Origin: Squalus acanthias
Lineage: Eukaryota
Direction: 5' to 3'
NCBI GenBank assembly: GCA_030390025.1
Contig: CM059449.1
Coordinates: 36,518,001 to 36,582,000 of the forward strand
Length of the DNA stretch: 64,000 nucleotides
Shown here: piece by piece, positions 24,830 to 35,410 of the stretch
Numbering within the stretch: the first letter of the stretch is position 1
How the letters are laid out: each line of letters opens with the position of its first letter
The notes under the pieces: generated by a model
Told to the model about the DNA's origin: nothing
The model's database searches: none
The model's input: only the letters and a program-made list of their open reading frames with translations
Position numbers and translations under genes: made by a program

Positions 24830-25636
24830 CTGCAGGACAGAGAATCAGAAACATTTTAATAAATATAAGGCACTGTTTAGATTGTACAGTTTAATGATGT
24901 ATAATCAGTGGTTTTAGTGAAATGTGAAGGGATCTGGGTGGAGTTTTCACTGACGGGCTCCAGTGATGTGAAACCACATCAGTTACCCCCGGAATACACT
25001 GGACAGGGTTTCCTCTGCTGCTGAAGACTTTGAAGGTTCACTGATCCTTTCCAACATGTCACTGCTCTCAGGGCCAGCACCCATGGGACTGATCCTTTCC
25101 AACATGTCACTGCTCTCAGGGCCAGCACCCATGGGACTGAACCCCAACAAGTCACTAATTTAAGGATAGGCAAGAAGGGGAGAGAACTGAGAGGAGACAA
25201 ACTTTAACCTGAACAAAGAAACATTCTGTAACCTACAGGAGATATTCGGATGGTGAGTCTATTGATGATATATTGCTCGATGTTAGTCTGCACTGTTCGG
25301 CTTGTAATAACAGTGTAAGGTTAGAGTGACAGGACAAGGACACGATCAATATCTCTCCCTCACTCAGTCTCTCAGAACCAGGTGCCGGGAAACACAGAGG
25401 GATTTCTGGCAGCAATGGTCTGTAACCCTGGTAACATCTGTAAACACAGCTCGGAGTTATACTGCCGACTGCACACCACAATCAAGCTGGGGGAAGTTGA
25501 GGACTATGGACCACTATTTCAAGATATTGGTCAAGTTCTCAGTGTCAGTGAAGTGCTTAATATCTGTGAAGAGTGGTCTGCCCTCTCAGCTCTTTACTAA
25601 CATTGGAAACATGAAGGGGACCAGCAAGAGGTTTAA

Positions 25637-26175
25637 TAAAAACAGAAAATGCTGGAAATACTCAGCAGGTCAGGCAGCATCTGTGGAGAGAGAAACAGAG
25701 TTAACATTTCAGGTCGATGACCCTTCGTCAGAACTGGAAAAAGTTGGAGATGGAACAGGTTTTTAAGCAGGTGTCGGGGCAGGGAAATGGGGGAGGGGAG
25801 GAAAGAACAAAAGGGAAGGTCTGTGACAGGATGGAAGGCAGGAGAGATTAAGAGACATTAAGAGATGGTGCAAGGCAAAAGGAGATGGTAATGGGACAAG
25901 TTAAGAAACAAAAGATGGCTCTAGATGAAGTGTAAAGGCACAGAATGAAAGACAGCTGCCATGTGAGAGAGAGAAAAATATATATAAATAAATAAATAAA
26001 ATGGATGGAGAAAAAAAAGAATAGGGGCAGAGGTTATGGTCTGAAATTGTTGAACTCTATGTTGAGTCCAGAAGGCTGTAAAGTGCCTAATCGAAAGCTC
26101 GAGGAACAGCACCTCATCTTTCGATTAGGCACTTTACAGCCTTCAGATTGCCAGCATCCGCAGTATTTTGCTATT
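25637..26175 (-). mobile_element. Penelope-like element 3' remnant with a hammerhead-like core (25701-25731)
   Basis: Homologous to 62245-63840. Includes an inverted GIY-YIG tail piece KLEEQHLIFRLGTLQPS. The minus strand reads CTGACGA-AGGGTC-ATC-GACC-TGAAA. Confidence 0.75.
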
Positions 26176-26407
26176 GTAAGAGGTTTAATAAGTTGCCTTC
26201 ACTCTGGTTCCAGTTATACTGCAGCCAGTGTGAGGTCCTGACAGTGTGGGACAGTCTCCCCGACACTCAGAGCTCAATCCTGACTGATACCTGTTTGTCC
26301 TCAGTTATACTGCACATTGTGCATTGTTGTGATGGGGTTTGAGCCCTATTATAAAGTGCTGTTTACACTTACACCAACAGCTTGGGGATTGGGTTATAAA
26401 GGGTCAC

Positions 26408-26641
26408 CTTGAGAAAAGAGATACTGTCTTGCTGCTCGATGTCTACACAAAGGTTCAGTCTGTTCTCCTCAAGTGACGTCAGTTCCTCTTCAATTCTTTC
26501 CAAGTTCTTCTCCATTGGTCGCAGATCTTCCTCCTTTTGTCTCTTCAGCTTGTCAATTAAATGTTTCTCTTTGTCTTCAAGATATCGATGGATTTTGGCA
26601 AATTGTGCGGAGATGTCTTGCTCCAGGGATCCTGTGAGTTG
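26408..26641 (-). CDS. TRIM gene exon 3 (coiled coil)
   Basis: 234 bp, phase 0: QLTGSLEQDISAQFAKIHRYLEDKEKHLIDKL...QDSISFLK|gt. Confidence 0.93.
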
Positions 26642-26718
26642 CTAAGATGGTGAGAGAGATTTAAGCAGCGGGTTGTTAAAGGGTGGCAGTGTTTAAAGGT
26701 AACAGCAGTAATACTCAC

Positions 26719-26814
26719 ATCCAGTTCTGAAATCTTCCCCTCCTGCTGCCGTTTTAATTCACTTTGACTTTTCTTTTCATCCTCCATGGAATCCAAGGCC
26801 GATTTCAGCTGGTC
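26719..26814 (-). CDS. TRIM gene exon 2 (96-bp coiled-coil exon)
   Basis: ttttAG|DQLKSALDSMEDEKKSQSELKRQQEGKISELD|gtgagt; canonical 96-bp TRIM exon. Confidence 0.93.
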
Positions 26815-27539
26815 CTAAAAATGGAATCAGATCTCAGCATAACCCATTGCAATGTCTGCTGTTTATTCCCAAACTGTGGGGACAGCTGTTCAGGCTTTTA
26901 ACCAGACACTAGTGTTTATATTGTGTGTTAAATTACTTATGTGGGTCACACAGTCCATTGAAAACTCCGAGAGAAACAGTTCCTGTGGGAATTCCAATGT
27001 TTAAATTGTCCAAACTTACTGCCGGGACTCTGAACAGCCACTTAGTGACACTTTAGTAGGACTTCCAATGTTAATCTAAACAGTGGCCTGGCCCGGCTTC
27101 ATGTTAAAGCCCCACATGGTGCTGGTTATCTTATTCCCCGCAAATCACTCAAAATGCTTCCTGAAAAAATGTTCAGCTGCAATTTTCCCCTCAGTAACTG
27201 AAATTTCTAATTTCCAAAATTAGTTTTAAAACCAAAAAAACATAGTTTACAATAACATAATTAAATGTATCCATTGACTTCTCTTTTTTTAATCTTTAAA
27301 TGCATTCATTAAAGTTTTTATTTGAAGGCCTCACAGCCTCTCCCAAAAGCCTGGGCTTGGAGTTGATATTTTTGCCGGGAGCTTTGATTCTGTTCACTGA
27401 ACGCAGATCGTGCGGTCTGTGCAAGCGCAGTGAACCCAGTTTCACCGCGAGCATCAATAACGCTCAGTCAGCTCAATGGATGGAATATTTTTCTGCAGCT
27501 CGAGCAGTTTCTGCTCAGCTGTTTTTCCAAATGAATTGA

Positions 27540-30500
27540 AGAACAGCGAGAGGAGAAATTTCAGAAGCTTTATTGAGGTCTGCACAGAGCGGGATTAAAC
27601 CGAGTGGACTTGAACAGAGTGTTTTATTTGGGAATTTGGAAAGAGTGGGAATTCGGAGAAGAGGGGGAAGGAGTTGCTGCTTTTTGCCTACACTACTTGT
27701 AGTGCTTTGTGATACAGGTAGATATTTAATTTCATTACCCTTAACTTAATCTAGATCAAGTAAGTAGTCAAGAAACTACACTGTAAACTAAGTTACCTAA
27801 ATACAAATGTAATTAAATAAATCAAGGTCAGATAGGGATGGCAGTGCAGGTGGTGTGCCACAACTGCAGCATGTGGGAGTTTGTGGAGAGCATTGTCATC
27901 CCGGACAACCACGTTTGCAGTAGGTGCCTGCATCTTGAGGAACTTCAGCTCAGAGTTTTTGAGCTGGAGTCTGAGGTGCAGACATTGCGGGGCATCAGGG
28001 ATGGGGAGAGTTACTGGACACTTTGATCCAGGAGGCAGTCACACACCTTATGTTAGGTAGTGGTCCAGGTCTGATTAGTGATCAGGGACAGGAGGGTGTG
28101 ACTGCAACTCAGGCAGGTAAGGGGACCCCAGGTGCAGGGCTGGAGGAGACTCAGCCTTTGCCTTTGTCCAACAGGTATGAGGTTTTTGCTGCTTGTGTGG
28201 ATGAGGGAAAAGCCTGTAGGATGGATGAGCAAGTTCACCATAGCACCATGGTTCAGGAGGCCATTCAAGTGGGGGGAGTGAAAGGGAATGTAGTTGTGGT
28301 AGGGGACAGTATTGTCAGAGGGATAGATACTGTTCTCTGCAGCTGCGACCGAGCGTTCCGAAGGTTGTGTTGCCTGCCCGGTGCCAGGGTTAAAGACATC
28401 TCCTCGCGGCTGGAGAAGAATTTGGAGTGGGAGGGGGAGGATCCAGTTGTCGTGGTCCACGTAGGAACAAACGACATACGTAGAACTAGGAATGAGGTTC
28501 TGCTGAGGAGCTAGGATCCAAATTAAAAAGCAGAACCTCAAAGTTAATAATCTCTGGATTGTTACCTGAGCCACGTGCAAATTGGCATTGGGACAAACAG
28601 ATTAGAGGTTTAAATGCGTGGCTCAAAGAGTGGTGTGGGAGGAAGGGGTTTCAATTGATGGGACACTGGCACCAGTACTAGGGAAAGAGGGAGCTGTTCT
28701 ATTGGGACGGGCTCCACTTAAACTGGGCTGGGACCAGTGTCCTGGCAAACCGAATATCTAGGGCAGTAGACAGGGCTTTAAACTTTTGAAGGGCTGGGGG
28801 GGTGGGAGGATTCAGGAAAGAGTAAATTTAAAAGCAGCGAGAGAAATGTCAAGGCTTTAGAACAGAGTAGAATTTGGGGTAAAAATAAGCAGAGTGGGTC
28901 AGGAAGAGACAGAGAGAGTAACAAAGGTAATAAGGCATCAGTGACTAAGGTGACATCAGGGAAAAATAGAAATAAGTCAAAGCTAAAGGCACTATATCTG
29001 AATGCGCGAAGCATTCACAACAAAATAGATGAATTAATAGCGCAGATAGAAATTAACAGGTTTCATCTAATATCCATAATGGAGACATGGTGGCAAAGTG
29101 GCCAAGGTTGGGAACTCAATATTCCAGATACTTCACTTTTAGAAGAGATAGGCAAAATGGAAAAGGAGGAGAGGTAGCCCTGATAATGAAGGATGGGATA
29201 AAGACAGTAGAGAGAAAGGATTTTAGCTCGGAAAATCAAGTAGAATCAGTTTGACTGGAGCTAAGCAACAGCAAGAAAACATTGATGGGAGTTGTTTCTA
29301 GGCCCCCAAACAGTAGTTGTAATGTAGGGCAGAGTATAAATCAGCGGTTCAAGATGGCGGCTCACCGCCACCTTCTCAAGGGCAATTAAGGGTGGGCAAT
29401 AAATACTGGCTATGCCAGCGATGCCCAGATCCTATGAACGAATAAAAAAAAAGGAATTTAGAGGCTCGTGTAACAAGTGTAATACAGTTATCATGGGGGA
29501 TTTTAACCTACATTTAGACTGGCCAAACCAAATTTGCAGTAATAGTGTGGAGGATGAATTCATGGAATGTAGGCAAGATAGTTTTCTAGATCAGTATGTT
29601 GAGGAACCAACTAGGGAACAGGCTATTTTAGATCTAGTATTGTGCAATGAGAATGGGTTAATTATAGTAAAGGGGCCTTTAGGGAAGAGTGACCATAATA
29701 TGATAGAATTTAATATTGAGTTTGAAAGTGATTTAGTTAAATCCAAAACTAGGGTCTTAAATCTAAACAAAGCAAACTACATAGGTATGAGGGGTGGAGG
29801 TGGCTACGGTAGATTGGGAAACTACATTAAAAGTTATGATGGTAGACAAGCAATGGCTAGCATTTAAAGAATTAATACATAATTTACAACAAATATACAT
29901 TCCTTTAAGGCACAAAAACCCCACAGGAAAAGTGGTCCAACCGTGGCTAACAAGAGAAGTTAAAGATAGTATTAGATGAAAGGAAGAGGCTTATAATGTT
30001 GCCAAAAAGAGTAGTCAGCCTGGGGATTGGCAGGATTTTAGAATTCCACAAAGGAGGACCAAGAAATTGATAAAGGGAAAATAGAATATGACAATAAACT
30101 AGCGAGAGACATAAAAACAGACTGCAAAAGCTTCTATAGGTATATAAAAAGGAAAAGATTAGCAAAAATAAATGTGGGTCCCTTACAGGCTGAGACAGAG
30201 AGAAATTATAATGGGGAATAAGGAAATGGCAAAGAAATTAAACAAATACTTTGTGTCTGTCTTCATGGAAGAAGACGCAAAAAACTTCCCGGAAATGGTG
30301 GAGAACCAAGGCTCTCGCGAGAATGAGGAATTGAAAGAAATTAGTGTTAGTAAAAAAATAGTGCTGGAAAAATTAATGGGACTGAAAGCTGATAAATCCT
30401 CTGGACCTGATGGCCTACATCATAGGGTTTTGAAAGAGATGGCTACAGAGATAGTGGATGCATTGGCTGTCATTTTCCAAAATTCAATAGATTCTAGAAC

Positions 30501-31965
30501 AGTTCCCGTGGATTGGAATGTAGCAAGTGTAACCCCACTATTTAAGAAAGGAGGGAGAGAGAAAACAGGAAACTACAGACCAGTTAGCCTGACATCAGTA
30601 GTAGGGAAAATGCTAGAAGCTATTATTTAGGACATGGTAACAGGGCACTTAGAAATTATAATATGATTAAGCAGAGTCAACACGGATTTATGAAAGGGAA
30701 ATCGTGTTTGACAAATCTGTTAGCGTTTTTTGAGGTTGTAACTAGCAGAATAGATAAGGGAGAACCAGTGGATGTGGTGTATTTAGATTTTCAGAAGGCA
30801 TTCGATAAGGTGCTACACAGGAGGTTATTAAACAAAATTAGGGCTCATGGGATTGGGGGAAATATAGTAGTATGGATTGAGAATTGGTTAACAGACAGAA
30901 AACAGAGAGTAGGAATAAATGGGTCATTTTCGGGTTGACAGGCTGTAACTGGTGGGGTACCGTAAGGATCAGTGCTTGGGCCTCAGCTATTCACAATCTA
31001 CATCAATGATTTGGATGAGGGGACCATATGTAATATATCCAAGTTTGCCGATGATACATAGCTGGGTGGGAATGTAAGTTGTGAGGAGAATGCAAGGAGG
31101 CTTCAAGGGGATATAGACAGGCTAAGTGAGTGGGCAAGAACATGGCAAATGGAATATAATGTGGAGACGTGTGAAGTTATCCACTTTGGTAGGATAAATA
31201 GAAAAGCAGAATATTTTTTAAATGGTGAGAGATTGGGAAATGTTGGTGTTCAGAGGGACCTGGGTGTCCTTATACACGAATCGCTGCAAGTTAACATGCG
31301 GGTACAGCAAGCAATTAGGAAAGCAAATGGTATGTTGGCCTTTATTACAAGAGGATTTGAGTATGAGTCTTACTGCAATTATATAGGGCCCTGGTGAGAC
31401 CACACCTGGAGTGTTGTGTACAGTTTTGGTCTCCTTACCTAAGGAAGGATATACTTGCCATAGAGGGAGTGCAACGAATGTTCACCAGACTGGTTCCTGG
31501 GATGGGGGGATTGTCCTATGAGGAGAGATTGAGTAGACTAAGCTTATATTCTCTAGAGTTTAGAAGACTGAAAGTTGATCTCATTGAAACATACAAAATT
31601 CTTACAGGGCTTGACAGGGTAGATGCAGGGAGGATGTTTCCCCCGGCTGGGGAGTCTAGAACCAGGGGTCACAGTCTCAGAATAAGGGGTCGGCCATTTA
31701 GGACTGAGATGAGGAGAAATTTCTTCACTCAGCGAGTGGTGAATCTTTGGAATTTTCTACCCCAGAGGGCTGTGGAGGCTCAGTCATTGAGTATATTCAA
31801 GACAGAGATCGATAGATGTTTGGATATTAAGGGAAACCAAGGAATATGGGGATAGTGCAGGAAAGTGGAGATGAGGTAGAAGATCTGCCATGATCTTATT
31901 GAATGGCGGAGCAGGCTCGAAGGGCCAAATGGCCGACTCCTGCTCCTATTTCTTATGTTCTTATG
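27540..31965 (+). mobile_element. Near full-length CR1 LINE, antisense in TRIM intron 1 (inactivated)
   Basis: ORF1: CxxC...CxxC plus leucine zipper, then SGNH esterase GDSIVRG/CLPGA/VHVGTND. ORF2: YLNARS, GDFN, SDHN endonuclease and RT QHGFMKGKSC/YLDFQKAFD/FADD. Tail tttcttatgttcttatg. Several stops and frameshifts, plus an inserted RTE/SINE tail at ~29345-29452. Confidence 0.95.
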
Positions 31966-32376
31966 CAGTTTATACAGCGAGGGTCTGTGTGTAAAAGCGA
32001 GAGAGTGAGCTACAGAACGAATCCCTGAGATTCCTGAGGATTGGAGGAAAATGTCTGGCTCCCATAGGGTGAGAGGACACTGGGAATACCGGGAATGGTG
32101 TGAGCACCCGCCAGGAATATGATTCCCACATAGTTATATATAACTTAAATATTGTAAAAAAAACTGGTACCCTTTAGTTATTTAACCTAAATATTGTAAT
32201 GAAACTGATTCCCCATTATTATTTAATGTAAATATTGTAAATCTCTTTCCCTGTAGTTATTTTATTTAAATACTGTAATGAAACTGATTCCCAGTTCTCC
32301 ACTCCCTCTATCCCACGCTCCACACCACAGCCTCCAGGGTGAGAGTTGGGGAACATCCCCTCCCATGTCCCCTTAC

Positions 32377-32790
32377 CTTGTACCGTCTCACTGCATCCCG
32401 CACCGGCAGGAACTTGTGGTTTGAATGTGTGGGAGAATCTACACAACTGGCACAGATCAGAGTCTCGTCCTGCTCACAGAACATTATCAGCTTCTCCTCG
32501 TGTTCCTCACAGTGAGACCGGCCCTTCTCCGGCTTCAGGTTCAGCTCCAGCTGCCGAGCTTTCTCGGAGAGATTGGCCAACACCCTGCTGCTGGTGTAGT
32601 TTCTCCCGGGCAGAACCACCCGACATTCCGGGCAGCATGCGGACTGCTCCTGGTTTTCCCAACACTTCTGGATACAGGATTTACAGAAGTTGTGCTCACA
32701 GTCCAGTCGCACCGGCTCCACAAACAGAGACAGGCAGACGGAGCAGGTTAAATCCTCGGTCAGGGTGAAGACCTGTTTATTGACGGCCAT
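32377..32790 (-). CDS. TRIM gene exon 1: C3HC4 RING + B-box 2 (TRIM39/TRIM69/A33-like E3 ligase; joined CDS 1458 bp, 485 aa)
   Basis: MAVNKQVFTLTEDLTCSVC...CEHNFCKSC...CPEC and CEEH...FCEQD..LIC..C....HSNH, donor AAG|gtaagg. All six exons join in frame without stops. Confidence 0.95.
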
Positions 32791-32824
32791 CTCAGTTGCT
32801 GCTCCTTATTCTGTCGCTCACTTT

Positions 32825-32842
32825 ACTTTCAGTTTCATTTCC
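32825..32842 (-). promoter_or_regulatory. ISRE/IRF-E-like element upstream of the TRIM ATG
   Basis: The minus strand reads GGAAATGAAACTGAAAGT (GAAANNGAAA plus an extra GAAA), 35-52 bp upstream of the start codon. Confidence 0.7.
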
Positions 32843-33330
32843 CTCAGTTTATTGTGAAACTCACTTCACAATCTGTCCTCATAAAGGGACACTGTCATGA
32901 GGCAAACTTGTCTGGCAAATCTTTATTTCTTTGAATGTCAAACATATAAAACACAAAGGCACCAACATTCTTGGGCCAGGGGACGTGGATTGAGGATGTA
33001 AGTCTGGGGGAGGGCTGGAATTTGGGCTGTGAGCCCTTCCATGGTGATGTCCCTCAAAGACTAGCGGAATTACATCTCCACCCCTCCCCTGCCAGAAATC
33101 CCACCAGTTCCACCTTTACTGCAGCCCGGAGAAAGTACACCTGCAGGAAGCGGGCGGACATCCTGGAGAATTGTATGTTGGACATCCTGGAGAGTTACGG
33201 GTTAATAATCAAACTTCCTTGTATCTTGGAACAGCTGGGTTTCCAAGATAGACAGAACAGATTTTTTCATATACAGCACAGGTGATCATTCTATACTATG
33301 GTTAATGGACCCTCTGCCTATGTTTATTAC

Positions 33331-34304
33331 GATGCGGAGATGCCGGTGTTGGACTGGGGTGGACAAAAATGAGAAGTCGCACAACACCAGGTTATAGTCC
33401 AACAGTTTTATTTGAAATTACGAGCTTTCGGAGCGCTGCTCCTTCGTCAGGTAAAGTGAGGGAACACAAATCAGTTACAAAGCATATATAGACAGAGAAC
33501 AATGTGTCTGCAGAGATACAATCCGTCAGGGAGGCATTACATCAAAGACACAGCACGGCAACCTCTGCAAGACATGCCAGATCATCAACACAGATACCAT
33601 CATCACACGTGAGGACACTACCCACCAGGTACATGGTACATACTCATGTGACTCGGCCAATGTTGTCTACCTCATACGTTGCAGGAAAGAATGCACCGCA
33701 GCATGGTACATCGGCGAGACCATGCAGACACTGAGACAATGTATGAACAGACACCGCGCAACAATCGCCAGGCAGGATTGTTACCTCCCAGTCGGGGAAC
33801 ACTTCAGCAGTCAAGGACATTCAGCCTCGGATCTGCGGGTTAGCATTCTCCAAGGCGGCCTTCAAGACACACGACAACGCAAAATCATCGAGCAGAAACT
33901 GATAGCCAAGTTCCGCACCCATGAGGACGGCCTCAACCGGGATCTCGGTTTCATGTCACGCTACAGGACGTGACTAGAGTCCAGACTAGAGTCGTCGTTG
34001 TCTTGTTCACAGATGTGATTTCCAGTTTTTAAAAAAAGTAAAAAACTTAACTGCAGACTGCAGCATTTGACACGTTGGCCCCCCTGTGACCCCACCTCAT
34101 TGTCTTAGCTGTATTCTGCTGTGTCTTTGATGTAATGCCTCCCTGACGGATTGTATCTCTGCAGACACATTGTTCTCTGTCTATATATGCTTTGTAACTG
34201 ATTTGTATTCCCTCACTTTACCTGACGAAGGAGCAGCGCTCCGAAAGCTCGTAATTTCAAATAAAACTGTTGGACTATAACCTGGTGTTGTGCGACTTCT
34301 TATT
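33331..34304 (+). mobile_element. Penelope-like element (GIY-YIG 3' part) with an inverted pseudo-LTR
   Basis: NVVYLIRC...WYIGET..LRQCMNRHR...VGEHF...EQKLIAKFRT..GLNRD. 33373-33555 is an inverted copy of 34117-34299. TSD TATGTTTATTAC at 33319-33330 and 34305-34316. Confidence 0.9.
34219..34256 (+). ncRNA. Minimal hammerhead ribozyme-like motif in the Penelope pLTR (inverted copy at 33415-33455)
   Basis: CTGACGA, then stem II A-GGAGC/agc/GCTCC, then GAAA and the palindromic AGCT. Confidence 0.7.
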
Positions 34305-34939
34305 TATGTTTATTACACTAGCCGCTAAAGTTATACTTTAATCACTCATGGTTAATGTCGTTCCCGTCACTTATTTCCTTGCACAAGCATTTCTCATAGA
34401 TAATACTCAGGCACTAAAAGCACAAGATAAGCCAGGCTTGTATCTGTCGTGGCCGTGTGCCCACGTTGGCATCTGCTGTAGAGTTTTGGAGTGGTGAATA
34501 GAACGGCCGGCAGCCACGTGGGTTTGAATATGTTTGGGCTGGAAGGGCTCCTGCTCCTGTTCCCAGTCCCAGTCTGAACTCGTCAAATATCAAGAGCCTC
34601 AAAGTCCGGAGTGAAAAAATACCATTTGACTCATCAAGCCTGTCCATCCAACGTCAGGATGTGATTATTCTATCATGGGTATGAGGGAGAAAGGAATAGA
34701 AGGATATGCTGATAGGGCGAGATGAGGAGGGGGGGAGGAGCCTTGTGTGGAGCATAAACTCCGGCATGGACCAGTTGGGCCGAATGGCCTGTTTCTGTGC
34801 TGTACATTCTATGTAAATCACAGAAATTGGTAAAAAATGTGGATTAAAAACCATTGAGTGTGAAAATGTTCTGAGATGCAGCAAATTGCACCATTTCTAT
34901 GTAAATATGCCAACGTAGGGGGCAAACATTGCCCAGTGT

Positions 34940-35410
34940 CTGGGAGGAGGAGTCCCAGTCTGGGGCCCAGGCCCTGTGACGCTTGAGGCCCCGCCCAGTC
35001 CCGGCCCAGTGACGCTCAAGGCCCCGCCCACTTCAGTCTCTGCGAACGCCTACCGGCCCCGCTCCTCCTGCCAATCAACGGCCACCACGTGACCTGCCGC
35101 CATCTTGGTGAAGGAGCCGGGGGAAGATGGCGGCCGGGAGGCGGTGAGCGGCTCCGGGGCGGGGCCTCTCCTCCCTTCAAAGGGCGGCGCGGGGTGAGAG
35201 CGGGAGCCGCAGCCGCGGGTTTAAAGGGCGGAGCGGAGCGCAGTGCGGTGCGCAAGCACTGCTGAGGCGGGACTGGGGGAGGGGCGAGGATTTCTCCCCC
35301 AGAGCCCGGTGTGAGAGAGCGGGAAAAATGTCTGGTCACAAGGGAGGGGCGAGGGCAGGGTGAGGGGTCACTGGGGGTCAGTCAGGGGTCAGCGAGGTCG
35401 AGGCTCGGCC
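34940..35410. promoter_or_regulatory. CpG-island promoter with a probable + strand first exon ending at 35143
   Basis: Dense CpG, GC boxes, CCAAT 35071, CACGTGAC 35086, two opposed YY1-type motifs GCCGCCATCTTG (35096) and AAGATGGCGGC (35124), and donor CG|GTGAGC at 35144. Confidence 0.75.
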
